Below, piece after piece: positions 31,701-32,000 of a stretch of DNA of 32,000 nt. A model generated the notes under the pieces. That model was not told where the DNA came from, ran no database searches, and was given only the letters and a program-made list of their open reading frames with translations. This DNA is from Zygophlyctis sp. KS116. Lineage: Eukaryota; Fungi; Chytridiomycota. Numbering within the stretch: position 1 is the first letter of the stretch; the number at the start of each line of letters is the position of its first letter. Where the stretch lies: contig BAAFSQ010000084.1 in assembly GCA_054661495.1 (NCBI GenBank), positions 1-32,000 of the forward strand, given 5' to 3'. Made by a program: the position numbers and the translations under genes.

Positions 31701-32000
31701 TTATCTCTGATGGATCTTGTAAATCTTGTAAAACTTCTTCCTTTTCCTCTTTTTTAGACTCTACTTTAGCGCTTGAAACCACAATTTCTTCTTGCTCTTG
31801 GTCTAATTTTGCTAAAATTTCTGCAGCATCTTCTTCATCATCTTGAAATTTCTTCTTTTTAGACTTTTTAGACTTTTTGATGGTTGCCATGAGTCCTCCC
31901 AAGTCATTCCCATCCTCATCTAAATTTGTATCCTGTTCCACCCTCTCTGGTTCCTGCTCTTGAGGAAATTCCTCGACATCTTTATTCCTAATTGTTTAAA
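28720..32000 (-). CDS. EIF5B: Translation initiation factor eIF5B (5' end outside the window)
   Basis: [45 protein letters not shown]. Introns 31287-31314 (28 nt), 30599-30626 (28), 29241-29266 (26) and 28828-28853 (26); TAG at 28722-28720. Confidence 0.97.

Noticed and set aside
372-32000. Split ORFs as frameshifted pseudogenes or an alternative genetic code
   Set aside because: Nearly every break is resolved by a 23-31 nt GT-AG intron that restores conserved motifs; TAA, TAG and TGA all act as normal stops.

Overview
AT-rich, extremely compact eukaryotic genomic DNA. It is most consistent with an early-diverging, probably zoosporic/chytrid-like fungus or a related unicellular opisthokont. 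This taxonomy is an inference from fungal-type PHO89 and NDUFB3, a monofunctional DHFR, and animal-like LKB1 and OCRL(ASH-RhoGAP). About 23 protein-coding genes are packed with gaps that are often under 50 nt. The fragmented ORF track is explained by about 43 tiny spliceosomal introns that I reconstructed by hand (all 23-31 nt). The most striking signal is in the splicing system: two introns (HUS1 21486-21510; an unknown gene 7010-7035) appear to end in CCTTG rather than AG, at the same branch-point distance as canonical introns. There are also a GC-AG intron, AAG acceptors, skipped proximal AGs and three stop-less 27-nt in-frame introns. Three convergent gene pairs have interlocked stop codons. 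An accessory block (about 15.1-21.0 kb) holds a decayed AT-rich stretch, a cluster of five CGTCA sites, and a large secreted mosaic protein (NHL propeller + Cys-rich repeats + 14 tryptophan-less TSR-like repeats + mucin stalk + plant-type LRRs in 72-nt exon modules). All gene models are manual and unverified by transcripts or database searches.
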